Shown: positions 11,585 to 25,988 of the stretch, one piece after another
Numbering within the stretch: position 1 is the stretch's first letter
Layout of the letters: each line of letters starts with the position of its first letter
Program-made: the position numbers and the translations under genes
Source of the DNA: Strigamia acuminata
Taxonomy: Eukaryota
Assembly: GCA_949358305.1 (NCBI GenBank)
Contig: OX442314.1
Location: forward strand, 16,492,001-16,556,000
Direction of reading: 5' to 3'
DNA length: 64,000 nt
The notes under the pieces: model-generated
What the model was told of the DNA's origin: nothing
The model's database searches: none
Seen by the model: only the letters and a program-made list of their open reading frames with translations

Positions 11585-14500
11585 TTTAATTTTCTATAAC
11601 TTTCTAATGTGCTGTCAACTATTAAATTAGTTCCTGTTAATTGTAAAACAAATGTGTATACACAAAATGTGTGATTAAGTTTGTATAGTGCGTTGTATAA
11701 GGAAAAAAAATTAATCAATTTTTGCATTTCGCTTGAGTCAAAATGATGTAAATAGTGCTTGTTATTAATTAATGTAAATTATTGCACTCGTATTAATAAA
11801 TTTATTATACTAATGAATAAATCTGTGTCTTTATATATATATACAGTCCCAAGAATTTCATGAGTCTTGTATATTTTCTCAAAAAGTTATATAGATTGCT
11901 ATATAGCACTCTTATTTCCTGTTCAATCAACGGTGTTTGGATGATGTATTGAAGCTTTCAATCCTCACTGTACAGCTTCGTTGGCTCTAATCATTGAATC
12001 CTGTTAGTTTCTCCTAAAGTGGAAATTTTATCGAGTATCCATGATGGGCTTCTCTGTGGGTGCACAGACGGAGACCTTAGAAAATTCAGTGTGATAACAA
12101 ATCTCTTTGTTGTTGTTTTTCTAATTCACATATCGGCCTACAGATAAACATGAATTAATTTCGTCAAGACCTTGAAAGGGTTCTCTACTATTTTTTTCCC
12201 TTCGCATGTAAGTCAGGCTTTTAATTTAATATAATATTTTTTTTTTTAAATTAAATTAAAAAAGACCACATTTATGGTTTCAGATCCTTGATTATAATCA
12301 AACGTTGAAAGAAAATTGAAATTTGTATTATTTTTTACATTGCAAAAAGAAAAGTACTCATATTAAAAAAAAAAAAAAAGAGAATATTAATTTCAATCAA
12401 TAATAATTTTTTTTCGTTCCGTTTTTGTATCGAGGTTATTTGAATTTCCAATAAAGTTAATCCGTTTTGATCCTTTCCGTGGTTCGATTAGCAGTTGCGT
12501 ATTAGAACACTTTGCAGATCACGAATGCACATCCTTGCGGAGACGAGATGTGACGTCGCGAGTCGTTTTCAATTGGCGGGTTTTGCTAAACCCCACCCTG
12601 TGGGCCATTGTGGTTTAAGTATATGACAATTAGGTAGAGAAATTGAAATGGAAAATTCATGAATTTGGAAATTGGGCTGTGAGCTCAAGTTAAGATAAGA
12701 AAGTTTTGCGAATTTATTTTTCTATTCCTAAGTCCGAAGTAAGCTGTACCAAGCAGCTGCAGGCAAAGATAGGCTTCATAAATGCTAATAGATATGTTTG
12801 CATTATAACTGTAAATGAACGTCCAAAGAAGGCTTACCAGTCTTCTTTCTTTTTATTAAACTCACTTTTCTGCATTGAAATTATTGTTACTTTAAAAATA
12901 AAAATAATAAAACTATCATTTCCAAGATTTTCACAAGCAGTTAAACAAGTCTTTCGTGTTGATTTAACTCAAACGTGATCAAATTTCAAACTTGTCTCAA
13001 AATCATCTTGTTGAGTGCAATTTTCCTGCCATAAGAGCGGCGTCTTTAGATCTCAATCAAGATTAGTGCAGGTAACGGATTAACCTCATGGGGTAAGCTG
13101 TTAAACGTGATACTTTTCAGTAGTTTTGTGATAGGAATTTAAAAACACTTTGTTTATACAAACATTGAGTATATAAGTGATTTTTTTTAAAGAAAAAATT
13201 AATGATTATAATGAGAATATGCATCTTATTCTATTTTGTCTGAAAATTTCAAAAACATTTAAAAGAAACCGTAAATTTAAAAGCAAAATATTATTTTTAA
13301 TTAAATGCTGTTGTTGAGATCGTGTTTCCAACATCCTTCGAAGAAAAGGGAGAGAGAGAAGTAAGGGGAGAAAAGAGTACATACAGTTAGCCCACCCAGG
13401 GTTGGTCTAGAGGTGACCACAATAGAAACCATGTTTGCGGCTCTGCCGCCTTCATCAGAAGGACCAACGTACGGAAGAGCTTTTCACTCATCTGGAATAG
13501 GCTTATTAACATTTGTTGAAAAAAGATTGGGTGGCTGCAAATCCATATATCTGCCCGATCTCAGCCAAAACAAAATGAAACGAAAAACTTTCAAATTGTA
13601 AGAAAACACACAAATACACTTTTAAAAAAATACTCCGTAATTAATTGTTATAACATAGAAGTAGCAATAATGTATAGTTTACTTTCTCGGTCTTATTAGA
13701 GGCTTAGCTTCCTTTAAACCTAATTACCATATTCCCCAAGGTGTAGTCAAAAGCTTAGACGTATTAGGCATTTACAGTAACGCCCAACTACTAATTAGGG
13801 GGACGGTTAAGTAATTAGTGTTTCAACTGAATGGACCCAAGCAGGAAGTTAATTATTTTTTAACACAGGAAACGAACGATTTGATAAGTTGAAACTTTCG
13901 ATATATTCAGATTAGATGGCAGCAAACATGAAATTTATTTGCTTGCATGGAAAAAATATTTAAATTTCCACATTTTTCTCAAAGGACAACGTGTGCTTGA
14001 GGTTAACGTTGGGTGGTTTCGATCGATTTAAACTGAGCATTTGATACCTTTAGATAAAACCTCTTTTTTCTTTCTCGTTCTATACAGGTGCGAACAGCTC
14101 ATTTTAGTTTGTGGTTAAGTATCAAGGGTGCTCGGTGCTTTTCCATACCCTTACAAGCCAAGCCCTATTCAATCCTCTTGTAGCGTGGACTGGCCATACA
14201 AGTTTGAATACAAGAGTGAAAAAAATAGTCATGTCTGCGTATTATCCACCAACATGTTGTTCTATTCAATGGATCTTGCCATGTACAAGTAAAACTAATC
14301 ACCTCGTTACCACAACACGTAGAGTTTCACTGCAAGACCCCCGCTGCTGTGTAGAGAGGACAAAACGTACAAACAGAGGATTATTCTGGGGGTAATCCAA
14401 GGTGGAACCAGTTGGCTCAGCCAATGGGAGAGCTGCTTAGGATTGGTTAATCCAATGCTGGACGCCGCTCGCCACCTGCTGACTCGGAGCAGAATGATAA

Positions 14501-17216
14501 AAGATTTAACCGATGAATTAAAATTGCCTGTCATTCATAATTGAATAACAAAAATATTGACTTTGGCCAATGTTTTTATTTCATATATGCTGGACAAAGT
14601 AATTAAACTCTACTTAATTAAATTCTCTACAAGTACAATATTGTGTGCACTGGTTTTATTTTATTCTACGATGTTAAGAATGGATGGTTTGCTGTATACA
14701 CAAACACTTAAGAAAAATGTAAGTGAGCAGTTTCTTTATTGAGTTGTCAATGCTGAGGCAGGAACTTGTCTCTTTGATGAACACTGAACTGGAAAAGAGA
14801 GCGTTCTCGTGCGAGAAATTTGTTGGCCGCCCACACCCCCAAGTGTTTGAAGATTTCGAGTATATGGCTTCAAGTCGTTTAGAGAAAACTAATTAGATTA
14901 CAACTTGGATTTTGAGACACATAATTTTTAATTCGACAAAAAATATAGATGTTAAAATTCGTTTTAAAAGAAAACTTTAAAAAAAAATAAAAGCTGATCG
15001 CGGTGCACACATTTTACATGCAAAAATTAATTCTTAGGTGCATCCTTTAAGATTTTGTTTTACAAAAGAAGACTTAAAACAACAAATTTGTGCATTTCCG
15101 GACAACTTAACACATAATTGAACGCATCTTTTTTGAAGTGAACAATTTACAATTAATGTGTTGCATTTAGTATTTTTATTTTAAAAATAATTCATGGTAG
15201 ACACTTATTTTAAAAAAAACATTTTCGTAAAAAGAGAATTAAATAAATTAATCAATTTGATTTTATCTCTATTTATTGATGGTGAGATGCAGAAAAGCCT
15301 CATCAAATGTAATATACCCACAAAGTATCGTTTTTGTTTGAATCTAAAATAAAAATTAAAATAACAACAACAAAATAGCAGAAAATGATTTTCAAATAAA
15401 ATGAAAACCGTTTAACAAAATGTGTCGAAGCTAACCCTACTTCAATTGATAAAGCTGATTGTTTTAGCACCAAACTGATGTAATGATGCCGTTCTAAGTG
15501 AAAACTCAGTATATAACATGACAGTGGGTGATCCTAATCTTTGGTGCTGTTGGTGACATGACTTTGGCTTCACGCCGTGTTGCCTCTCATTTGTCACTTC
15601 ATCCTGTCCCTTCAATAGGCAGCAAATTCCCTTTTCACTGTCTGCCAGGCGCGCCTTCTGTGCAATAGCGATCGGCTTTGAATGAAGTGGGACCACCGTG
15701 AGAGGGGGCTGCGACTGACCAACAGGGCGGGGGCCTCTTGCCCGCCCAGCCAATTAGACTGTGTCAAATAGGGTACATGTCAAACTCAAGTTCAAATAAG
15801 CCTCAAAGTGGTTTTGATACAGCTTAATTTTTAAACCTGTTGAGAGGAATATCAATCATAAAAATCATAATCAAATTAGGAAATGTCTAATCTGATGCTG
15901 CAACTGAGCTTATTTATCAATATTGAATTCTAAATAGTCACTTTAATGACTTTAGTTTCTTTTATAACGTGTTTTGCGTCTTTTATTTCCATTTATTTTA
16001 TAAATTCGAATCAGTTAATGCTGCAAGTAAAATTTTTTCTAACATTTTTTGTTGTGCTTTGCGTATTTCTTCTTTTTTTATTTCAGATATTATCCTCGGG
16101 CCTAACAACTAAGAGCTTTCTAGCTGCAAATCTCTTCCCCTTCCTGATTATTCCCCTCTGAAGCAGGGGAAAGGGGATGAATTTCTATGGCTTGCAAGGA
16201 TCACAACGCTTTGCCGGCTGCTCCACAGCCCACCAAATACTGAGCTACATTTAATAAGACTAGACCCAACTAATCCTCCCTATATCCAGTCGGTTTTGTC
16301 AAATGATCATCCCAGGTTTGCCTTGCCTTTGCGCATACTTGGCTCTGCAATTCATAGTATAATAGAATAAATAAGAGTGATCTACATTCTAGAATTGGAT
16401 CGAACACGGAAATTGGCACCATTTAATCCAATATTAGGAAAGTTGACCGCGTAATCTGGTTTCGAACAACAGAAGGTTTGCTTGGTTTGTGTGCAGTGGA
16501 CACTGTGTAGCTTATTATTCTTGTAATAACAGAACAGTTGTGTACTTTGATTTGACGAGTGAACGAAGGGAGCGATGTTTTTTCGTCATGAATTGTTCAT
16601 GCACGTGTTTTTGAGGCAAATGCTGGTATCTGTTTGGACTTTGATTCGTAATTGATCCTGAAATTAATTAAAAGCAACAACATCAATTCAATTTAAGTTG
16701 TAAAAATCATATATATGTTTGTTAGACCTTTTCTTTATTGCATTGCCTTGGTTTTTGGCATTGCAGAGAAGACGTCTCCATGTCATGTAACCAGCGTAAC
16801 TAAACAACGTCACGAAAATGCAATTGTTGTTTTATCATTACTTTTATTTATATTTTTGTTTTGTTTTTTTAAATTTTATTTTATTTCTAAAATTTTATTG
16901 TAGCTTATGGGTATAAATCATGCACAAAACTTTTATAAAAATATGTTTGCTTATTTCTCCATTTCCTCTATTGTCGACCCAATGGAACATCTTCGGTCAT
17001 CTAGCTTGGACGACATCCACATATTAAAAAGAGGGCCAAAAAGTCATGGATAAACCCGTGGATCAAGAACAAATAAAACCGAGCAAAAACTTGCTTTCAT
17101 ATCATTTGCGCCGACTGGTGCCAATATTTTCAACCACGAATTCCAAATGGCGTCGCGAATGGCGTAGTAGAGCAAGATTTGCGCGTCTGCGCAGGAACAT
17201 ACACGCTCGCTCCAAC

Positions 17217-17222
17217 CACGTG
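17217..17222. promoter_or_regulatory. Canonical E-box (CACGTG) ~50 bp upstream of the URB1 ATG
   Basis: CCACGTGG seen directly. Position matches the known TSS-proximal Myc E-box of ribosome-biogenesis genes. Confidence 0.55.
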
Positions 17223-17270
17223 GGTCTTGTATTTTGGCGTTAACAGTAAAATGGGTAAACGAAATACTTT

Positions 17271-20200
17271 AATTGCGACCCTTAAAAACCAAAGTTATCT
17301 TTCGCTTAAGTCTCCAAGTAAGCTAATCATAAATTTAATCATTAATTGACAGTATAAAAATTGCTACAATTTGTTTACAGCAGTGGCCGACGATGCGGAT
17401 GAAACGTTTTCAATTGCGAATTGGCTAAATGCTCTTAATAACGATGCTGATATCACACCAAGTAAGCTATACTTTCCTTCATTTGGTGAATGAATTTAAT
17501 TTACATTCTTTTAAATAAATTTTTAAGGTCTACATAAATTTATCGCGAAGGCCGAGAATTTCGACAACAAAGTATCAGAATACGATGTCATTTTGGATTT
17601 ACTGAAAAGTGATGACGCAAAAACAAATCCGTATAAGCAAATATTAATTATTTTGGAAACGAAGAATTTATCTAAAGGGGACGTACGTATTTGTGAAATC
17701 AATAACGGTTTAAAAGTAATTAATATTTTATGTTTTGGAATAGTTGGGAGAAATTTACAAGGTGTTGGAGCTCATAATTTTACGAATTGTGGACGATTTA
17801 TCCGAGTACACGCTTGTTGGTAACGATATCGTGCAGTTTGTGTGTAATAGCTGCATGACTAATGTTTATTGGATGCTGGGAAACAAGAAATCTCAACCTG
17901 TTAAGAAAACCTTAAAACTGTTGTCGGTTTTTGTCTTGTTTAACCAACAAGCAGCGAGTGAAGTTTTGACGCACTTTGATTTTTCTAAAGAGGAGGTCAA
18001 AAAGTTGTATATGCGAACCGACATAAAAGTAATGTAATCTAACGTTATTGAATTAGCAATTTTTTATAATATATTTTTTTCTTTAGGATGAGCAAAATAT
18101 TAGAGTTTGTTACATTTATTTTCTGTTGTCGTTTTTATTCACTGACGACAACAAGATAATTTTCCAACTAATGGAAAAGACAGGTAAGTAATGACTTAAA
18201 ATGTTAGAATTTTACTTAGTACTAACATATATATTTTTTTAGAATTATTTAAGCCATTGTTTGCGTACTTGATTCGAGATTCGGCACCTGTCATTGATCA
18301 GTTCTTGTCAACCATTTTGGATAAGGTAGTTTTAATTTGTATTTATTAAAGTCTTTATAAAAAATAGTTGATTAAATTTTATTTATTAAAATTTATATTT
18401 TAGGTTATTTGCAATAAGGGAATACCAAAAACGGTGAAAGTGCATTTAGTAAATGGATCAACTTTATATCACATTGCCAAACTGTACACTTGGAATGGAC
18501 AACAAGTTTGGGTTTACAAAAGGGCGAAAGGTGCTGGAAAACTGAAAGAGAAAAAAGAGAAGGAAGTCAATAAAGGGAGAGAAAACATTGAAGTAAATAA
18601 AGAAAATATAGCACGGTGTTTACCATATTTTAATATTTATTTATTTTTAGCCCTTTCCTGATGATCAGTTGAATGAAGAACAAAAACAAGTGTACGACGT
18701 TACGAATCAGTTTCTGTTAGCACTTTGTTGTTCGTACCAACATGGAATCATTTTCCACGATTATCAGCTGGGCGCTGGAAAGTAGGAATTTATAAAGTTG
18801 TACACATTTGATAAATAGATTTTTAATTTGTTTTTAATTTGATTGATTTCAGGCATGTTAATTTTCTCGTGACGCAGCTGTTGCTTTCCATCAAGAATCC
18901 ATATACATCGTCGTATATAACGAATTTATTTGTGCAAATTTTAAGTTCAGCGCCAGATCAGTTGAAATTCTACACTTCTTCCATTAAAAATGTAGTTGAA
19001 CCACGACCTTCAGAACATTGGATAAATATATTGAATTTCTTAACTAAGGTACAATTTTAATTACGTTATTTTATTTTCTTTACTGACTAATTTTTTTAAT
19101 TTAGATTTACGATGGCCAAGATGTTGGACAATTTTTAGCGAGTTTAACAACCAAACTTAACCCAAAGGAAATCGTGATTTTATCGTCACAGATTTTGTTT
19201 CCTAGTATAATCTCGCGTGATGTTGTAAGAAAAGGATTAAAGGTAATCTTTGATATTGAAATTGAAAGAATTGTTGTTAATTTACAATTTTTTTTATAGG
19301 ACGAAGCATTGACAGTCAACAGGACGATGTTAGATTACTTAAGCCACTTAGTACAACGTTTATCGGAGTTTTGTGCTTTGTTGAAAGATTCAAGAAGTCA
19401 TAACTTGAAATGCTTTGATGAATCAGACATTCCTGCCATCATCGAGGGAGTTGGAAAATCTGCAGCTAAGGTATGAAGAATTTAAATTAGAAATTGGGTA
19501 GTTTTGTAATTTACGGTATTCTGTTTTAAATTAGATATTATTAGACGCAAATGAAATGGATGAATTATGGGAACGCATGAAACGAATCAGCAACAGTAAG
19601 TTGAATGTTCTATTTGTTTATTTGAGAGATTTTAATTCGTGGATTTTATTTACAGAGGAGACATCGCGATTTGTGGAATTAGATTTGATTTTAGATATTC
19701 AAACGACATTAAAACAAATATTTCCATCGATGATGAAAGACTCGAAGTTTGATTTGATTGATATTATAGTAAACCGAAAAGATTTAATCAGGGGATTAAC
19801 ACCGACTGAGTTTTTGGTGTTTCAGCTAAAGGTTGTGGAATTGCTTGTAAAGATTGAATCGCAGAAGGTTCGTAATTTTTTTGAAATTATTTTTGTTTGG
19901 ATGTTTTGTTAATTTTTTCTTATTTTTATCATCTAGATTATTAGTAGTCCTATAGTGGAAACTTTAATCAATATCATCTTGGAGAAAAATGAGCATAACA
20001 GAAATAAGGCACCAGCTCTTTTAATCGGGGTATTAAAATTTAAAATAATTATTGATGGATTGAAATGATTTTATTTTTATTTTTTTAGATGTTTGTCGGG
20101 TCAGACTTTTTTAACAGTTCGGACGAAATACAAATTTGGTGTAGCAATTTTTTTCTAAGTAGTAAAAATAAGAAAGTTGTTACATTTTTTGTTGATGTTA

Positions 20201-23200
20201 TTTTAAAATTTATAAAAATAAATTTGCAAAATGGTAAGATTGTAATAGATTCAAAGTTTTGTTACAATTTAACATGAATATTTATTTTGAAGATGGTCAG
20301 GAATGTAAGGCTTCTACCGGCACAGTCAGTTGTATGATAAAACCTGCTTTTCAAATTTGGTCCGAAAACCGGGGATTCGTAAATGGTAATTTGCTTTTAT
20401 AATTTAATTTCAAATACACGATATTAATAATTATAACTAATTTAATTTCAGATAAAAGTTGCCAGTTATTTTTAACAAATGTCTTAATTAACGTTTATCA
20501 CATGGAACTGAACAAAAAACATATTGAAAAAATCTTTGAGAAAAACGAGTCAATTTTACCGAAGAGTTTTCACGAATACATGAACATTTGTTCCGTGGAC
20601 GGTGGAGTAATTCTTGAAGACGATCTCGAGGCGCCACAGCATGCATGGAAATCGTTAATATTTCTTATGAAGTATCGACACATCAAATTTGTATCGTTTG
20701 AGATGGAAACTATCATCGAAGACATAAATAGCATGAATGGATTTATGCGAAAATGTCTTATTTATCAAATATTATTTTATATCGACATAATTTTAAACGA
20801 GCAAGTAAGTGATGTCAGTTTATGTGGTGTTTTAGCGTAATAATTTTGATTATTTTTTTTTTAAAAACTTATAGAATCCATACAAAACCGAAATTGTGCA
20901 ATATTTTTTTAAATTGCTTAGTCACGTGGTAATTTCACCAAAAGATGGAGAAGTTCAGAAAATACCGTGTACACTTGTGTTCAGTCATCGGGCAATCAAG
21001 AATTGTTTTTTGAATTTGGAATTGGAAAGTGGTAGCAATTCGGTGTTTGAACTTATCACGTTAGTTGGTGAACACTTCTACGAAATAGAACCTTTCTCAT
21101 GGTACTCCAATCAAACTATGACGTTTGTGGAGAATTTAGCAGCTGACGATAAGAAGATGAGTTTGCAAATGAAGCAAGTTGTCGTTAGTATTTTTGAGCG
21201 TACTACGAATGTCGATATTTTGCGCGTGTTTGAAAGCTTGACGGAGATTGTTCTTGCGAAACACAGTTGGCTGGCTAAAATGTTGTGTTTGAGAATATGC
21301 GATGTTATTTCTCAAGATCACTCCTTACGTTTGTCTAATAAGGCTGCGGAAATTCTGTTAAGACAGATAAATAATAAGTCGATTGCTATTGAAGTTATGA
21401 AATTGATTAAATCAGTACCGGCGTACAGCTACAGTTTTAAACCAGGTAGGCATTTTTATTTTGTTTTTGGTTCTGGGTTTATTAATTGTTTTAATTTTAT
21501 TTTAGGAGTGTTGAAAAGTTTTCTTGTTGAAAAGAAACAACATGCGGTCAAAGTGCTCGCTTATGCGCTTTCTCAGAACGAATTTCTTCGCAAAGAATTT
21601 GAAGATTTGTGTCTGGACGAGGATTTAAGCGATTTAAATCATAAAAGTGTTCTTCAAATTTTGCAAGTTTATTTGCAAAGTCACAAGTCGTTGCTCAAAG
21701 ATTTATTAACGGAAGAGAAATCTAGTGTTATTGGTATAAAATACGTTCATTTCAGTAAAAAATGAAGTGATTTTTAATGTATTTTTTTACTTTCAATAAC
21801 AGAAAAACTCTCATTGGTGACTGGAACGTTAGAAAAAAGAGGAATTTTAAATATCAGTTCAAAAACAATTGATATCTATTTGGATTTAATCGACTTGAAT
21901 GTCAAAGGTAGATGAGTTTTTAATTTTATAAATTAACATAAATGGTAATTACTTATAAACTTTTTTGTGTGCAAAATTATAGATTGGGAAAGCATTCAAG
22001 AGAACATGAAAAGTGAAATACTGGTATTAGACGATGATAAGGACCTAGAAAGAATTAGAACTTTGTGTAGATTTTCAAACGATAAAGGTTTTTGGAATCA
22101 TTTGATGAAAAAGTGTTTTAAGCGTGTTCAAGATGACGTGCAACTTTATCTTCTGAAATCTTTGCTATTAATTCAGGAAAAAGTAAAAAAAAATATTCAA
22201 TTATTTTTGTTTCAATGGGAATTAAAATATTTATTATGTTTGCAGGTCAAAGAATTCGCTACCAAATACAGTAAACTAAATTGGAACGAATTAATAAAAA
22301 ATGTTTTGCTGATTTCTCTGAAGTAAGTAAACGTTAAATTAATTTAAAAATAATATAGGCTGATTTATTTTTTTATACAAAATGTATTAGTGATGTCATG
22401 AAAAGCGAATTTCTTGAATTTATACATGAATTTGTTCACAAGTATAACATCTATGTGGAAGCTGAGTTTATTTGTGACATGATTTTCGGTCATTCAAATT
22501 TTATGACTATCATGTTAGCCAATCATGCCAATTATTCTAAATCTAAAGGTAAATTAATGAAAATTATTAGAATATATATATAACTGATAACTTTTTTCAA
22601 CTATTTCAGAATTATTGGTCGATATTTTAATCGAATTAACAAAACGAGATACGAAAATCATCAAATCCGTGAACATTCCATTATTTCTTGCAAGTTATAA
22701 TGCTTCTTTAAGTTTGTTCGACCAAAAAATATTGTATTTAATACATCTGTATCATGTAAATGGAGTTAGTTTTGACGAATACAAGTAATATTTTGTATAG
22801 AACTTTATTACATACAAGCAATTAATTTTTTAAAATTTGTTAAGACCATTTTTATGGGGTCGAATGGCTGTCGACTTTTATTCCGTTCGGAAAGATACAA
22901 GTTCTGAAAAGAAGAAAGCGCCTGCAGTTGAGGACGTGCTGCAGCATTTTGATAAAGCAATGCTAATGGAGACAGCAATGAAGTTTCCTGTTGATTTGGT
23001 TCTACAAGTAAGCAGCATGAAATGATAAACGGGCTTTTATTTTGTTTAATTTTATCATTTTGTTTTGTAGCCAGAAATTAACGAAAGTATAAACGATTCG
23101 ACCAGATTGGATCCACGATTTTTGTTTCCATTGCTGAGTACTTTATTATCTCCAAGTAATAACGTGCATTTTTATAAGAAGAAAGAAAAATGAAAAAATT

Positions 23201-25747
23201 ATTGTGTTTTTTTTATAGGTTTTGTTCTAAATTGCATAAAATTTTTGGATTGTAAAGTTTTGCCAGTAATATTTGCGTCGTTAAGTAGTAACTGCTCTGA
23301 CATGAGAAAAACAGGATATTACACGTTGATGCTCATTAACGAACATTTGGAAAAGGCGAAGTAAGATTTTTTTGCGATATTGTTCGAAAACAGTATTTTA
23401 ACGATAATACATTTTATGTACAGATACAGCAACAAAGGAATTTGGCTTCACTTGTTATCGATACTGAAAAATGGAATTAAAACGGAAAATATGAAGTTAC
23501 CTAATGTTTTAAGCGTTTATTTAGCAAAAGTGACTCCCGCCTTGCATTCTTTTGGTACGCATTGCTTTGATTATTTTATTTATTGCCTACTTTTTGATAT
23601 TTTTTATTTCAGAGGATCCACTGCATAAGATTGTTGCGTCTTTCTTGCTGCTAAAGTCTGATTTGGATATGCAGAATGTGCCAGATTTTTTGCATCTTTT
23701 TAACAGCGGTTATTTGGAGGTAATTTTTGAATTGGACCAATTTATTTTATTTTATTTTAAATTTTCTTTAATGTTTTAGCGTGATAAGCACAGAGAGTGG
23801 ATATTAAATCTTTTAATTGATGGCGTTAAAGATGTTTCGGATTATTTCTTATGCGAAAACAAGTTTTTAATTAAAATTATGTTATCGTTTTGCGACTCTG
23901 CTGTCTGCAAGCAGGAAACAGTGGTAAGAAATGTCATTATTTCTAAATTTAAATGATTTGCAATTAATTATTTATTTCTATTAGGTTCAAATTTTGCTGC
24001 TCTTGATTGTTTTTGCTGACATTCCAACTGCAGCTCGAAGACTAGTAGCTTTGGGAGGCGTGTTACCATATCTGCATCAAATTTTAGCCAAACAGTAAGA
24101 ATTCAGTTTAATCGTTCAATCATTTGTCTTATTATTATTATTATTTTAAACTCTTAGTGGTTCTACTAATTCCACAATATTGACTTATGCGATTTGTTTT
24201 ATTAACAAATTATGGTTGTCAATGATTAAATCTAAGAAATGTGATCAGCTGAATGAAGAATCAGAACCGAACGATGCAGACAAGGCAGCGGACAACCGAG
24301 CATATTTATTGAACATGTATTCAAGTGCTATTGAGTTTCACCTAGTGTGTAATACGTGCATGGATTTAGTTGCGTAAGTAGAATTCTCATTTATTTTGCT
24401 TTAAATGACTTACGGTAATAAATTTTTATTTTTTTTAGTGCTAATCCAAAATTACATGATTGGGAAGTTCTTACGTCGACATTGGCATCCATATACGATC
24501 ACATGGGTTCAAGAAATGACATGAAGTTTTATACTGCTATCATTGCGTCTCCGGAGCAAATAGACAACGTTTTGAAAATTCATAAACTTGTACTGGAGAA
24601 ACATATGACTGGTTTTCGGAATGGAATAGAGCCGGGGTAAATTATATTTAAAGTAAAAATTAAAAATTTTTTTTTAAATAATTTTTTGTTTTCAATATTA
24701 ATAGATTTTCATCCGCTGTGTCTGCAAACAACAAATTGGCAGTCAACAAAATCCTGTTAGAGTTTTGTTTGTGGTCTATGGAAAACGATTCGTTCAAATC
24801 TGATGTTACAGCTTTTTACCAAACGTGTTTCCGTGTGGTCGAGTATATCCTGATGTCACCGTATTTCACAGAAACGGCCGAATACCAGATGAAATTTCTC
24901 AAATTTATTGAGAAATTATTCTCGATTGAAACGTGTGAAGGAGAATTGATCGCTCGACAGATATTGAAACGAACGAGGCAAAACAACGTCGTCTTGTCTG
25001 GTTTACTGCAATGTTACTCGCACTGTAACCCATATTCCGAAGAAACTGCATCCATTTCATTACTGACTCAATTAAACGCAACTATGAGAGTTGTTTTAAT
25101 GGAAATAAGAGACGACTTATCACAATGGTTCGTTGAAAGCAGCGAGGACGACAGATTAAGCTGGAGAAGAGCAATTGACTGTTACAACGCACTCTCACGT
25201 CATAAATCAGCAGTGACAGGTAAGTGAAGTAGATTATAAAGGTGGAAATCAGGGGGTACGACATTCAACCGAATCTCTGACATGGGCTTTCGAATCTTCC
25301 AATCCCCACATTTTATAAAAATTTTGAATTTTTTGTCGAAAATTGGACAAAAGTTAAAATATTTTTGACTTTTTTATTAAAATAATCATCTAAATCTTTC
25401 CGAATCCTATGAAAGATTCGAATCTCTGACACGCAGATTCTGATTGTCGTACCCCCTGGTGGAAATAATAAAAAGAAGTAGTAATTACAATAATTTTTAA
25501 ACAAAATTGAAAATTACAAAGGTAAAATGATGAATTGTAAAGAATGTTTTTATTTTTGTAATTTTTAGTTTCAACCCAATGTTCGCTCAGCATCTTAGCA
25601 TGCGAATTTCTTCTACGCAAAACTACTCCGCATCTGTTCGATTCATTAGGTCAGTCGTCAGGAGTTATACGCAAACTAAGGAAACGAAGTCTAGAAAAGT
25701 GTGTAATCGACACTGATAGAAAAGCGAAGCATAAAAAGAGACACTAA
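17271..25747 (+). CDS. URB1: Nucleolar pre-ribosomal-associated protein 1 (URB1/Npa1), many short introns
   Basis: N-terminal Npa1-like segments (IYKVLELIILRIVDDLS..VGNDIV; AASEVLTHFDF; YHIAKLYTWNG) and NopRA1-like segments (LASYNASLS..DQKIL; RPFLWGRMAV; LDPRFLFP; LDMQNVPDFLHLFNS; REWILNLLIDG). Last exon 25569-25747. The start codon is the best candidate and is not proven. Confidence 0.9.
25250..25458. mobile_element. hAT-superfamily MITE (209 bp) in the last URB1 intron
   Basis: TIRs CAGGGGGTACGACATTCA / TGATTGTCGTACCCCCTG match at 17 of 18 positions. Perfect 8-bp TSD GTGGAAAT at 25242-25249 and 25459-25466. Subterminal GAATCT repeats. Confidence 0.9.
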
Positions 25748-25988
25748 ACTTAGTAGTGTTAATCCAATTCAGCTTCTGTATTATTTTTAAACGATTTTAT
25801 ATGGTTCGTTTGTAAAAGCAGCAAAAAAAAATATGTGTACAAAATAAAGAAGTGAGGGAAATAATTATTTTATATAATATTGTTATTGGTACATATATAC
25901 TTTTCGTTAATAATTACACCAGTCTTTAAATCGACTTTAAATATAAAATTGCCAGTCTTAACTGTTCTAAATTTCTTTTTAACTTAAT

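Noticed and set aside
12470..12500. GGTTCGAT T-loop-like motif as a possible tRNA
   Set aside because: No cloverleaf, A-box or acceptor stem could be built.
13391..15700. Several Gli/Ci-like near matches (e.g. AACCACCCA, GCCCACCCA, GATCACCCA) downstream of gsc
   Set aside because: None is a perfect GACCACCCA, and significance cannot be judged without a PWM and background scan.
7100..17000. Overall enrichment of TAATCC sites around gsc
   Set aside because: About nine sites were counted in ~10 kb, close to a rough chance expectation for this base composition. Only the tight cluster is reported.
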